From the NCBI GenBank assembly GCA_028023455.1, contig JAQFVV010000009.1, positions 12,276,001-12,340,000 of the forward strand: 64,000 bases of DNA, in the 5' to 3' direction. Positions 1 through 13,610 of the stretch are shown here, piece after piece; within the stretch, counting starts at the first letter, position 1; every line of letters begins with the position of its first letter. This stretch comes from Epiperipatus broadwayi (taxonomy: Eukaryota > Animalia > Onychophora). The position numbers and the translations under genes are program-made. Under the pieces are notes generated by a model, which did no database searches, was not told the DNA's origin, and was given only the letters and a program-made list of their open reading frames with translations.

Positions 1-199
1 AAGAGAAATATAAATATTTGTTTTATTAATCTTAAAAATATATTTTATTATTAGTTGAAGATTGGCAAAAAAACTGAAAATTTATAATTGAGGCAGAAGA
101 TATTTGAAAGTTTTATGTAATCTGACAAATTATATGTAACAATGATGAATAGAATATTATGGGGTCATATATCAAAAGTCAATAATCAATGAATGTATG

Positions 200-600
200 A
201 CAATAGTAAAAAGTAGTATAATTAATGCAAGTGAAGTTTAGCAATTATCAGAAAGAATGGAAAAGAAATTGATAGCTATAGAAATGATTGCTGATGAATA
301 TCTGCAGAAAAACATAAGCTATAATAAATAAAAAAATCTAGAAAAAAATTAACATTAAACATGCTATAATAAATTAAATCAGAATAAAATGATTGGAATG
401 TTATGGACTTATAAATCATAGAGAGATCTTAGGAAAGTTTACAGGAACAAATATTAAACTGGATATCACCTGAAAAAAGAAAAAGAGGATGTTAAAAAAC
501 AGTTGATAGGAAGACATAGATAAAGAAGTTAAAGAAAATTGCATGAAGATTTATGAACTAACAGAGAAGCATGGTGATTAAGAATTAGAAGATGTTGTAG
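200..600 (+). mobile_element. RTE-type LINE 3'-end relic
   Basis: LNWISPEKRKRG at ~455-490 resembles the RTE C-terminal WxPxGKRKRGRP motif. Purine-rich, many stops. Confidence 0.55.
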
Positions 601-699
601 AGCATTATTGATGTATGATAAATACTACCTCTCATTTTATTTATTTATTTATTTAAATGAGGTATTATGGTTTGATGGGAATGGTCTTATCATTGACAC

Positions 700-1000
700 A
701 AAGAAAGCATATTACATCAAATTTTCTGATAATATAGCAATTCTTGCAGAGAATAAAATGAACTTGATAAAACTATAAGCAGAATTAATGATATTTATTG
801 CAAAAGTAGATATTGGAAACAAATGTGTAAATTCTAAAGATATAAAAATGAGCTATAAAGTCTAAAATTTTAAATGGGTAATTGGACAGAAAATAATAAA
901 GCAAGTTAATCCTTTAATTAGTGATAAAGAAATTAGCATGTGAATTTGTGATAGATTTGTAGTAGATTTTTAATAAATAAAAGCTATTTATTCTGTGATC
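700..1000 (+). mobile_element. LINE reverse-transcriptase relic
   Basis: KFSDNIAILAENKMNL at ~718-770 resembles the FADDIAILAES motif. Heavily decayed. Confidence 0.45.
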
Positions 1001-1799
1001 TAATAAAGTTGAAGTTAAGAAAGTGGTTTGTTAATTTATTTTTTTGTTGATGTTTAAAATATAGCCTTATTTGAAGCAGCAACTAATGATTTTGGAAAAA
1101 GACAAAATAAAAGGCTTTTAAATCATCACTTATAAAATTTGATTATAACTACCCTATTTTCTTAAATCCAAAAGCTTATTTTTATTCTATTCTAGAACCT
1201 TCACCTGTAAGCTTGAATAATCATTGGAGATTAGATGATATAATGCTATAAAATATTTCTAAACTAACCAATCTATCACTCAAGTTTACAGTAGATGGCT
1301 CTAAAGTAGGATGGAAGATAACTTCTTTAAAATATATGATGAAGCATATAAAAGGTTCATATAATGATATTGCTAGACTAACGATTTTAGGTTAAAACTA
1401 AGTTGTATATGTCATCTTAAATTAACATTTAATTTGAATTAAATTCTTACTAATACAGTATGGATTAGCATTACAGTGGCATTTCCCCAAAGAAGGCCAA
1501 TTATCTGAAACTATTTAATATTTATTTTGAATGGACTAAGTAAATAAGTAATCAAATAATTTATTCCACAGAAATTTGTAAAAAGTAAACAATGGAAGTG
1601 ACAAAGCTGAGTTTTTGTCCATGGAACTTGAGCTCCAGAGTTCCATTTTACCACCATGCCAAACCATAGAAGGCAATAATTTGTCTTAAAATGTATTGCA
1701 AAATTTATGAGCACACATTGATATGACTATTGAAACAGTAAGGTCTGCTTTGCAGATCTTTGTTTCACCATTTCTCACCTATTTCCTACCCTCATACCT

Positions 1800-4400
1800 T
1801 AGTTTGAACCCCAATCTATCGTAGTGTGTCTGCAATATGCTTATATACCGAAAATCCCGCATAATTTTAAACCACGAGTACAATGCTCGTATTATATATA
1901 TAACTCATTCCCAAATAAATAAAAGATTATAGATTATGTATATGTTCACATAATTTTGATTTATTAAAAGTAGGTTATATAAGTCGTAATTGCACACACC
2001 CTATGATATGACTTTTAAAACATATCAAATTTATAAATTGTTCAAAGTTATTTTGTTTGAATCTATTTACAAAGATATATTATCGTCGTAATATATTTTG
2101 ATTTAAAATAAAATTCATTTAGTAAATATTCGTTTAGTAAATAGATTCAAATATTGCAATTTAAAAGTAAAATAATTTTCGGTTAATTTAATAAAGTCAT
2201 TCCAAATAATTCTGTTAAAATAAATGAGGGACAATAGTTTAATTAGTTAATGTTATATAAGTTTATCTAAAAACAGCAGATGTCCACTTAAGGTTTTTTT
2301 TAATTAGTAAAAGTAATTTTTAATTAAATCTAGTTTGTAATTCGAATGTCAACAGGGAAATTAACAAAAGAAATTAATTAATGTTGAATTCCTTTAGACA
2401 TTCGGATAGATTTAATTACAGCTGATAAGTCCGATATATTTTTGTAACGCTCCAGGGCAGTTCTATTGTTAATTTCTAATATAAAAAGGAGGGGTTTTTT
2501 TTGTTCTCCATTCTAATGTTTCTAAAAGAAATCATTCTGAGGTCTAATGTTTCTAACCAAAATTATTGTAGTAATTTGTAAATATTGACATGACAGAGTA
2601 GAGCGCAAGAAGGCTATTTCTCTCCGGAATGGTCATATGCTGCCGTAGACCATCGGAAGTTATCACCCAAGGAACCCCGGAACTGCTGCCGCTGCCAAAA
2701 ATATGAACATTTCCAGATTTTGCTTTTAAATTATATAAAAACCTGCCGACCATCAATCTACCCAAAATGCTTCTCCAGAGGTAACCCTAAATTAACCCAA
2801 GAGCTCTTGTGATAACTAACATGCTATAGCTATTTTAAATTGTTTTCTGATATTTCACATCACTTCATTATGTATTTCTTTATCGTGTTTAAATATACTC
2901 AACATTTTGCTCTATCCTTGGGTTAATATTTTCTATTGATTAAGCTTTCTGTTATTTTATTATGATAATGTGTCAGAATCGTCTTTGACCGAGTGAATTA
3001 TTCCCTTTGATGAAAATAAGACGCCGCTATGAAGGCATATTTTAAATTTCTAAATAATTTTCCAATTTTATTATCTTGCAAATCACTCGTTCGAGGGCGA
3101 TTCTATTCTTTAATATATAATATAATCACATAGTTTAAAATCTACATGTTATTGATTTTAATCTAATATGAGAGTATGTGCGAGATCAATGATTAAATGT
3201 GTCCCCTAATGCATGATTGCGTATATAAATCTATACTTACTTTTTAAACCTGCAAGCATGCATATTCCTATTTTAATTACCGTGTTCTACTTTAATTACA
3301 AAGTTCCCCATTGATGTCGAGAATGTGCGGACCCTTCTAAATGAATTTCGGGGAATTTGATTGGGCATTTCTCTTAATCCAAATAAAACCCATTCAGTAT
3401 GTTTTATATACACTAGTCTCGTATTGCTGGTAAGTGAATTGGTTGTTGAGACCGCTTTGTTTTACTTTTCCAAGGATTCTTTACACGGCCAAGTCCATTC
3501 TCTTTGCTTATTGCAGTTTCCAGGCATAGTGTGTCCATAAATGACACACCTGGGTATTAAACGCAATCGTCACCCAGTTGCTAAGTTTCAGCTCTTCATA
3601 AAATACTTTCCTACGGGTTAGCGGCGAGATGCCCTCCGTAATCATTCCGTATATTCAATATGATTTTATTTTTATATTTATTTTACAAAGCATCCGTGAC
3701 TTAAACGTGTCATACCCTCCAATTTTAATAAATTCATTATCAGCAATACTGACCTCCCAATGCAACTCTATTATTATTATTCTCAAATAAATGCTTAATC
3801 ACATTCCCACTTTGTTGCTTAGTAAGCTTTTGTCCGTGCTATTCTTGAAATCAATAAATATTTTATAACACTTAACACTTAATTTCAAATATTTTTTTAA
3901 ACTTGTATAATTACTCAAAGCACCTCGCACATGTTCCTATCTCTTCAAGCACATTATCTTAATGCTATTAGCCCGAGGAATAAAATATATCACTCAGTGG
4001 CATTATCTATATAATTTATATGAATAAATTTTGTGAAATTATTTAAAACTAAATTTGATTTCTTATATTATTTGATTCCTATCACTGTCTCGGTCTATAT
4101 ATACATATATTTTCTGCATTTCTTTTGTAAATCCATAGACGTTAATTAGCCACCCAAGCTTCTTTTAGTATAGAGTCTTTTGTTTCTCCTTAACCACCAG
4201 GCACCGGTCAAAGGTTATACTAGTAGTGGCATCAGATGCGTTATCACATAGATGGCACTGTGAAATTTGGACTTTAGATTCTAACTTAGTATATCTAGAA
4301 GGCAACCTCTCCTAGAATGTTCAGTTTTATGTGTGGGGTTTGAATTCTGCAGTGTGTTAGCGAGATAGACGATTCTGACTGTTACACTATGAATATTTAG
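1800..4400. promoter_or_regulatory. CpG-retaining, GC-enriched region: candidate promoter or first-exon zone
   Basis: Visibly more CG dinucleotides than the flanks. + strand donor-like CTG|GTAAGT at ~3429, minus-strand donor-like AAG|GTATGA at ~1798, AGATGGCAC motif at ~4250. No assignable CDS. Confidence 0.4.
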
Positions 4401-4983
4401 AATAATGTGTAGAAAAGAATTATTTTTGTGTTTAATGTCAAATCAAAAATCAATGAATATAAAAGTTTATTTTAAAGTTAATTTTTTTATTATTTTCAAT
4501 ATTTTTTTCTTTTGTGTGTATAATTATCTTTTAATAGTTGGTGAAAAAATTAACACAGTATCTGAAATCTTAAAAAAAAATTATGATATAATTTTCTAAG
4601 AAAAAATGCTTAATAATCAAGTAAGAGAAGTTTTTTTATAAAAAAATTAATTTGCTTAGTTCTTTAACTATATTTAAAAGTTAGAGATGGAACTTTCTCT
4701 TACCTTATAAAACTTTAGTCTAATTTCTTCTGTATAATTTAAAAATTCCAAAAATATATTGTAGGATTAAATGATGCAGAATAAATATAATTTTAAGGTT
4801 GAAATTGAGAGATCATAAACTCTTAAATTAGATTTTGCTAATATAAAAAATACTTATGTAAACTATGTATGAATCTAACAATAATGATGCAATCTTGCAA
4901 TTTTGCCAGTTTTTCAGTAATACATCCATAACATCTCAATATTTATTTTTAAATTTATATTTGTCACTATAATTTTGTGGAAA

Positions 4984-5285
4984 GAAATTACTCTTCCGCA
5001 CGTGCACTATTAAATTGACATGCACTCTCCCTTCAACTATGCTTGGAACCTATTCTTAAATAAACCACTTCTTATTAACTATGCTTAAATCAGGACTTGA
5101 TTTTATAATTTGTCAGTTGAAATATCAGGCACATAATAAGATCAAGCCCTGATTTAATTATGGGCAATAACTATTGGTTTATTTAAGAATAAGTGGATCA
5201 CTTATGCTTTTAAAACACTTATTGATGGAAGAATGCATGTTGATTTGATATCAATTTAATAGTGCATTTGTTGAAGAGTAATTTC
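4984..5285. repeat. ~300-bp fold-back (MITE-like) inverted repeat
   Basis: GAAATTACTCTTC / GAAGAGTAATTTC, TGCACTATTAAATTG / CAATTTAATAGTGCA, ATTCTTAAATAAACC / GGTTTATTTAAGAAT and AAATCAGGACTTGAT / ATCAAGCCCTGATTT pair in order around a short loop. Confidence 0.85.
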
Positions 5286-5844
5286 CTTATTACGTATATA
5301 TAAATTGCTATATTATTATTTATTACATTTGTCACTAAGTAAAGATGAGCAATGTATTTATCTTGCTATTATGTCATTAATTTAACAATCTAATGCTATT
5401 ATGCTTATTGCAATAAAATGATGCTTTGTAACTGTATTAAGTGAAAAATAGATTGTAATTTATTTAACAGCAGTATTTACTTAACTGGTTCCTAAACCAG
5501 TTTTATTGTAAGAGGCTATTATGTAGTCTTATTGTTGTATATATGTAAGAAGTTGATGCTTAATTATTATATATTTATGTATGTAAGCTTCTATGAAATT
5601 ATTAATGTAGGAAAATTGACTGATTTAGTTTAAGCATATTCAGATATTTCCACATTCTGTATAAAATAAGTTAGCACTCATTAGGCTGTGCAGAACATTC
5701 ATAAATATTTTCATTTATTCTTAATTAATAATTTTTGTGCTTACAATGAGCAGAGATTGATTGTTCTTTTCTAAATACTGGTTAGAGTTCTAAGATCAAT
5801 ATTGGAGGTAGAATCTCAAAATTAATTAGTAAAGATCAGTTAAA

Positions 5845-6000
5845 TCCAAGGCTCCTCACTGATGAAGGCCACAAGCCAGAAACTAGTCTGGGGATATTGG
5901 ATGAGTAGGCACTAGATATGGATTTTATGCACAAGCCTTCTGGCATCCATTGATTGCTCTTGTTAGCACAAGATGGCACTACTATATGGAGAGTTTTGCT
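5845..6000 (+). repeat. 5'-truncated copy of the hammerhead-bearing repeat family (family A)
   Basis: Aligns by eye to 27301-27458 and to the reverse complement of 26765-26925. Ends at the shared terminus ...GAGAGTTTTGC(C)TGT. Confidence 0.9.
5853..5894 (+). ncRNA. Minimal type-I hammerhead-ribozyme-like motif, core intact
   Basis: UCCUCA-CUGAUGA-A-GGC(CACAA)GCC-A-GAAA-C-UA-G-UC-UGGGGA. Helix I is 6 bp (one G-U), helix II 3 bp with an extra A on each side, helix III palindromic (ACUAGU). Predicted cleavage after C5888. Confidence 0.65.
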
Positions 6001-7029
6001 GTATAAAGATCAGTTAACTAGAAACTTGTCATAAAAATGGGATTGCACTGCCATTTAGTATTCACTCATTTTGGTTATTGTTTATATTGTGGATTTTTTT
6101 TTATTCATTTTACTACAGAAAATATTCTGTATTAATAATCCAATTCAGATTAATATAAATTCATTAAAGAATGATTGTTACTCTAAAGCACCAGCATATA
6201 TTAAGTATTTAAGTCCAGGATTTGAGTTGATTTTTCTTTAATGTCTTATTCAGAAATATTAATATAATGAAAACTCTGAAATTACTGAATTGAAAATCTA
6301 ACTTTTCTTACAATGTGCATATATACTGTATTAATTTCATTTTAATTGTTAAAAAGCTTTTTATATGGCTGAGTTTGTAGTAATATTAGTAAAAAATAAT
6401 TAATTAATTAAATCATTGAAAGTTATAATTAACTTATTTAGGCAGCTCTCTTGAAGTTGTCAAGAAAGTTATTTTTATTTTGAAAAGAGGTAGTCCCTGT
6501 CATTCTACAAGCTGAAAAAATTTGCAAAGAGTTATTAATTGCATAGACATTTTGAAGATAACTAAGTATTTTTTTTAAAAAAAACTGGTTTAAAATATCA
6601 ATTTTTAAAAAAATATAAATTCTTATGATTAGGTATCATTATCAATTCCTAATAATTATATATATGGTATTTTCTCACAATTCTTCTGAGTCTTCAGTCT
6701 TCACAATATAAAATTGTTGCTAATTATCAGCCTTCATCTCAAGTCATGATAGGTTAAAATAAAGAATTCTTCATAAAATTCAGCCATTCTAAGTACAGAA
6801 TCCTGAAGAACTGTTTTGATCTATAGTATTTTTAAAAGTTTTTTGTTAACATCTCAATTCAAGGAAATATAAAATTCAAAAAATAAACAGAATAATTTGA
6901 AGTAATTAAATTACTAAATAATGGTAATAATATTTTTGAATTTTATAAATATATAAATAATAGCTGCAAGAAAAATTAAGATTCATTCTCTCTCATGTCT
7001 ATTGGTTTGACCTTAAATATTTTAAATTT

Positions 7030-7540
7030 TCAACTTTTAGCTTGAATAGTAAAATGGAGTTAAAGATGGTTTCTAGATGCATAATTGCATTATTTTCAGC
7101 TGGTTTGGTGATGGGGATTTAAATACAATACCATCTTGATAATCATTGATTATTCAAGCTTCCTATAGATGGTACTAAAGAGCTGCCTTTGTTTTATTTA
7201 TATGCTATCTAAGCTAAATTATTAAGTGATTTGCTGTTATTATTAATATTTCTAAACAGGAGAAAAAATAAAGGACTGAGAGGATTTAAATATATAGTTA
7301 TTGATCACAGTCAGATCTATATAACTGTTCAAGCATATTAGCTTGAGTTCAAAACATTAAAGTGTTCTGAATTTCAGTATTTTAGTTTGAATAGTAAAAT
7401 GAATCTAAAGATGGTTTCAACTTTGATTCTTGTCAAAATTCAAAAATCAGTATGGAGTTAGGGATGTAAATGATAACCCCTGATTATTCCAGCTTACTAT
7501 AGATAGCATCAGAGTTGAAAGCCGCTTGTTATTTGTGTTT
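7030..7540. repeat. Diverged tandem duplication, period ~345 bp
   Basis: ttttag(c/t)ttgaatagtaaaatg..taaagatggtttc and tgattatt..agct..ctatagat blocks occur twice in order. Confidence 0.65.
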
Positions 7541-9728
7541 AACAAAGCTATGTTTAAAGCAAATATAAACAATTTGCAGCTCTATGAATTTCTGTATGAC
7601 ATGCTAAATGTATGATTATACCAACATAATATTTTTCTTTAAAATTTTGTTTGTTTCTTATCTATTTCACCCCCTTTTTTCAAAAATTTGTAATTTATAT
7701 TTTTTTTTTATACAAAACGTACATGAAATTTTTTAAACTATTTTTTTTAATACAGTACTTTATTTTAAAAATAATATATCTACATTTTTTCTTTTATTGG
7801 TGCAGCCTAATTTATGAACAGTATTTTTTGAGGCCAGTAAGTCATTTCGTGTTTAAATAATTCACTTTTACTTATTCCTTTTTCTCTTTTATTTCTTTTC
7901 CATATATCATTCATGCTTGAAAAGAACAAAATATTCTAAACATTAAAATTATATAGAATATCATGATTTTGTATTATGATGAATAATGCATTCTGTAATA
8001 ATTTTTAAGAATTAACTGAAAGAAAAGGTTGCTATTATTAATAATGATTAAATGTTTATTATTTGATTGGTCTTTTTTTTAACAAGACACTGTTCATTCA
8101 TAAAACTTTGCTTTCCAAAAAATCACCTTACTGCTATTTTTAGTGAAGTATTTAGTGTTGGTGGGTGCTGCTTCTCTGCATCCAATCACTATTCTTTCTT
8201 TTCTCTTGACAATTTTTATGTTTTTTATTTCTTCTTCTCATAGCCTTATAGTCTTTTATCATTTTATTTTGTTAGATTTCATTTTTAATCCTTTATGTGG
8301 ATGTTTTTTCTCATATTGCGTCTATGTCAAAATTATAAAACTTTTTTTTTTTTTTATATCATTCACAACATATCTATTCATCATTTTTTTTTGTATACTA
8401 TGTACATGCTTTTATAGAGTTTATAAATGTTTATAGTTCTAAAGTTCAATACTAACATAAAGGTATTGCATTATTTATTTTTGTTTTATAATATTGATCT
8501 AAACTTTAAAACTTATAATATTTGTGTTGCTAGGGCAAATAATTAATATTAGTAGTAGCATCTCTCATTGACTTTAAAAATTACAACTGAGTAAAAATTT
8601 GCTGAATGCTTAAGTGACTGTGAGACCACATTCCCACAACCTTGTATCTTTGAGTTTTAAAACTGTATATGTTTGAAAGTTAAAACTTTAGCTTTTATAG
8701 CAAAATAAAAGTAAAGGCTATTATGAAAATCAGTGCTTCCTATCAAAAGAAGTCCAGAAATTAGATATAGAGATCTGATTTTACTACTGTCAATGATTCT
8801 TTTATTTTACTTAATGCTTATTGGCTTTTAGAGTTCAAGAGAGATGTCACTATATTCTAATAAGTGTTAGCTTGGAAAGATGAGTATTTTATTGGTTTTA
8901 ACATCTCTCTATCAAAGCCAAAAATGTCTGTTAATAGCTTATAATTGAAGTCATTAAATATTTGTTGTTGATTTAATATCAAACCTATCTAACTTCAAGA
9001 AGCAAATTGGCCTGGATTTAAAATCTTAGAATATTTCAATTTTTCAATCCTTGAAATTAAATAATACAATGAAATTAATGGAAGCTACTGGATGAATAAA
9101 ATAAAAACCAGTGCTCTCATTCAGAAATAATTCAATTAGTCAGAAACTAGTTGTGGAAATATTGTTTTACTGCCAATTAATGATTTGATTTTCTTCAGTA
9201 TTTCATTGTGGCTTCTAGAATTGAAATGTAAGTATTGCTTATTAATAAATGGTGTTTGGTTTGTATTAGAAAATGCTAATTTGCCACCAACTATATAATT
9301 GCTATTGGTCATTTCAATTTTCTTATGTAAGATATCTAAATCTACTTTCAAGCAGAAATTAACATTTATAATAATGATAAAATATTTGTGTATGTTTATT
9401 AATATTGTTAATGACTAATGATCACTCGATCTTGTTTTCTGCACTCTTTTTTTTTTTTAGTAAATAAAACTATAAAAATTTAATACTGAATTTATATATC
9501 ATAGAAATAAATAATTTCTGAAACCTATTATATCTTGTAAAATGTGAAACATTAAAAATAATTTTTATTGTAGGACATTATTAAATCTTTCTGTCTATAT
9601 ATAAGAAAGAATCAGTAAATAGATTACAATGTTTATAAAAGCTAAAACAAATAAGTTGTAAATATCCATTACTGCTTGGTTTTTTTTTTAAATTATTATT
9701 GCATTTGTTATTTTAGCGTGTGCATATT

Positions 9729-9811
9729 TTTTTTTTCAGTCTTTTTATTATCACTAAAATGTTTAACACAACATTTTTTTTCAGTTTCTTTATTATCACT
9801 AAAATGTTTAA
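9729..9811. repeat. 45-bp tandem duplication
   Basis: ttttttcagt..tttattatcactaaaatgtttaa occurs twice. Confidence 0.85.
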
Positions 9812-12800
9812 ATAGCTTCACACGACAAATATTTCTTGCAAATATTTCTTACCATAAACAAAAAACATTTTTATACATATTATAGATTATTTTGAACATT
9901 AAAAAAAATGCATAAAGCAAGTTATTCTATCTTTAAGTATTGAAACTAGCCACAGAACATTCACCTCTGGACTGTAATTAGTTTAGGTTATATTGCTACC
10001 CCATAAAACTGTTTTACTTTCCTGTAACATTTAATATAATACGTGATCTCAATTTACTGGATGGCATAAAAGTAGAGAGAATAGAATTTTCTAATGAACA
10101 TATATAGTGATTCTCTTCTAATATTTTGTATACATATAAGAAGATGCATGTACATACAAAGAAAATTTAGAAAAGTAAAATCAATTTATTAATTATTTGC
10201 TCTTTCTCAAAAAGAAATTTATCAAATTTTAATATTATTTTTTATTATAATCATATTCACAAAAACAAATTGAAATTTGTAGTTTGATTCAAAGAAGTTA
10301 ATTTTGATCAAAAACTGATTGTTTGCAAAAACATTTTTTATTTATAATAGTTAATATTTGTTGGTGCAAATTCTCAGTTGTTTGTTTGTTTATTTATTTA
10401 TTTAGAGAAATGGTAAATAAATTGCTTTTACTTTTTTGAATTTTATTTGTATATACATATTTATTTACAACAGTTAAATCTCATCAGAAACAAATATGAG
10501 AAATATAGAAAATTGTTAATGATTTTAATGCATTAATAGTGCTTTACTTATTGAGATCAGACTAAACTTCCTCTTGGTCATATATTGTCTCAATATATAT
10601 TTCTATATACACTTATATTGTTTTATTTACCTGCATATTTTTGTTAATTCATTTTTCAATAATTTTCTGTGACATAATTTAATCATATACTTTTCTTTTC
10701 ATCATTTTGATATTCTACATAAGTAAATATTATCCTAATGTTTTTTTATCTAACTTTTATGTAAATGATTAATCTTAAGTTAAAACTATGCTACTCATTC
10801 CATATGATAACATTCAAAAAAATTTTTTTAGTTATATGTATAAGATGTCTTTAGAATTCTAATCTTTTAAGCATTTGTCTAATGTTTCCCATTCAATATA
10901 GGCATGAATATTTATTATTCAATTCATCAGTGAAAATACTTTAAATTATATTTTTAATAACACAAATATCCAACAAATTGGACAATATACTAATAATATC
11001 AAATAATAAACATTTTATATATATTCTGAGTAAATACTACAATTATCTATTTGAATTAATGCAAAAAAATATCTTCATTCAAAAGATTGGAAATATTGTT
11101 CAGGCTGTCAATCACTTAATCAGATTTTTTTCCCCATCTCTGTAATAATTCCTTTATACTATCTATTTGATAATTACCTCTTCATTATTATTTCTTTTTT
11201 TATTAGTAGATTCTCTAATTGATAATGTAATTTTTCTTCATTACAAAAAAGAAATTTACATAATTATATTTTTCGTGTTATTCATTTCAAATTTTAAAGT
11301 CACTGTTTCCATTTCACTTCCTGATCTGATATTTCCCTATTTAAATATTATTACATTCTACAAAAATCTCTTATTATCTACACAAATGTTCAATACATTA
11401 TCTGATAAGTTTGAATATTCCATCTTTCAATAAACAAAATGTTTTCACCTTTAATAAAATAAAAGATAAAATGTCTCTGATCTTCATTGATTTATGTCTG
11501 GTTATCATTGAGGATTTTCATAATAAAAAAAAAATCCTATCTTCAACTTTAACCTGCCACTAGGGTGCAATAATAATTCTCCACGAGATAGTAATTAGCT
11601 GAAGATGCTGATAGTTCTGATAAAATTGTAATTTAAGTCAGCTTCCAAAGATGCCTTTGATAGTGTTAATCAGCATTATCATGCAATGCAATTATGAAAT
11701 TAATTTAGATTTGAGTCATGATTAAGTATATAAAAAACTATTCTGTGTAAATTTTTCAAGATCACAGAGGTCATTGTGGAATGAATATTCTTTTACTACT
11801 GATCCTCTTTTGTGAACCAATTACTTAAAGACTTAAATTTATCTTAAGCATCCCACATAAATAATCTAATTATTTAGGAGGAATCAATGTTTCTTTATTA
11901 GAACACTTAATTAATCCATTTTTTAGTTTGAAAAAACTTTTTTCTTTGAAAAAATTTTTAATTTGGTCTTTGGCAGGAAATCATTATCTTTATTTTGTAC
12001 AACATTCCTTCTAAAATTTTATGTTTATTACTCTATACATCTTACTTAAAAATGAACTCCTTTTTTGACAGCAGTATTGTGAACAATATTAAATCGTTGC
12101 TTTTTTTAAAATCTATTTAGTCTCCATCTAACAGCCAAAATCAGAATAAGAAATGCCACTGACAAAAATATCCTAAAAGTTTATGTTCTGTCATGTTCTT
12201 TTACAAATTTTTAAGTTACAGAAATAAACAAATCTTTGGCAAAATTATTTATTTCTAAATTTTGGGATATGAAGATCAGTTATAGTTCCCAATAGTGAAC
12301 TCTAAATTGTATTCTCACTTTGTAACAGCTAAAAATTCTATTAAGATGTAATATTGCCTCTGCTGATACTCTTATTCTTTTTACTTAATAGCTTAAATGC
12401 AGTTAATTAATATTTTTTCTCATGAATCAAATGATCCAACCTAAATCATCTTTGGCATAATTGCATAAATTGCAATTCATCTCATCGACCTCATGTCATC
12501 AAATGGCTATTATCAATATTGGTATCAAGTTCAAATTTGCATGCTTTACAAGTATAATAGTTATGAATGATTATAGAATTTGGTCGTTCAATAAAAACTA
12601 TAGGCCAGGGATGTTCAATATTTTTAGTAAAGTGTCAATTTTTTCACACATAAATTCACACGTATAACTTTTATGCTATTATGTAATTTTGTATAAAGTA
12701 CTATACATTATAGATAATATACTATAGAAAAAAACTTAAGTTTAAATATTATTTATTGTAATGAGAAGCAGCAGCAGATCATGTTTTAAATTTGAATCTG

Positions 12801-13379
12801 TTAATCTTGACTTCATTTGTTTTTTATCAATTCCATGGTGAAAATAATTTTTATAAAAAGCAGAACTGCAAGGTTTTGAACCATTACAAAATGAAATTAA
12901 AAAATGGATAACTATATACTTATAGAATGAATTACAGAATAATTTTAGGGTTTTTGGCTTCATTTATTGCATTTAAATTTTCATTATAATTTTTTTCCAA
13001 ATATTAACAAAAATTGATTTTTAATTACAGTATTACTTGACAAGAATCAAACAATTTTTATAATGAAAAGTACAATGTGATGAATTTAGCAACAATAAGC
13101 CAGGTTTGGCAGATGCACCATAGCTTATCCACTCCTGCTGTAGACTAAGTTGATTGACTAATGAGACCATCTTATATCTTGGATTATTGTTCCATATTTA
13201 ATAACTTACACATCATTGATTTTTACAATATCTAACAAAATTGATATTTGACTAACTTTCATTTTATTTGAATTCATTTGGTGAACTCTAAATCAAATCT
13301 TTTCAAAACCATAAATGTGCCCAATTATCACACTTTTATAATATATAAAACCTTGTTACTACAACCATCTTTAATATGC

Positions 13380-13610
13380 ATCAAAATTCAACTTATAACA
13401 ATTTTAGCCTGAATGTCTTTTTTCTTTCTGAGCACCCAGTTATTAGATTGTGTTCCAGTCCACTTTATGTATCATTATTCTAAAAATCTTCTTATAAATA
13501 CTTGGTATTTGTAGCTACATAAAATATTTAAATCATAACCTACATCTCCAATTAATATCCACATCTTTTTATTTATTTCTATCTTCATACTAAATAAAAA
13601 CTTTTAGATA
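13380..13610 (-). mobile_element. RTE-type LINE 3'-end relic
   Basis: Minus strand KMWILIGDVG and KWTGTQSNNWVLRKKK resemble the WAGHVAR...RWTxxxxxWxPRxxKR C-terminal motifs. Confidence 0.45.

Noticed and set aside
1780-1870. Minus-strand MRDFRYISILQTHYDRLGFKL (J-domain-like HYDRLG) or LCGIFG (amidotransferase-like start)
   Set aside because: Too short, no following exon found, and CGIFG lacks the initiating Met.
10800-11450. Possible minus-strand LINE RT relic (REISDQEVK)
   Set aside because: Only one weak motif, too decayed to call.
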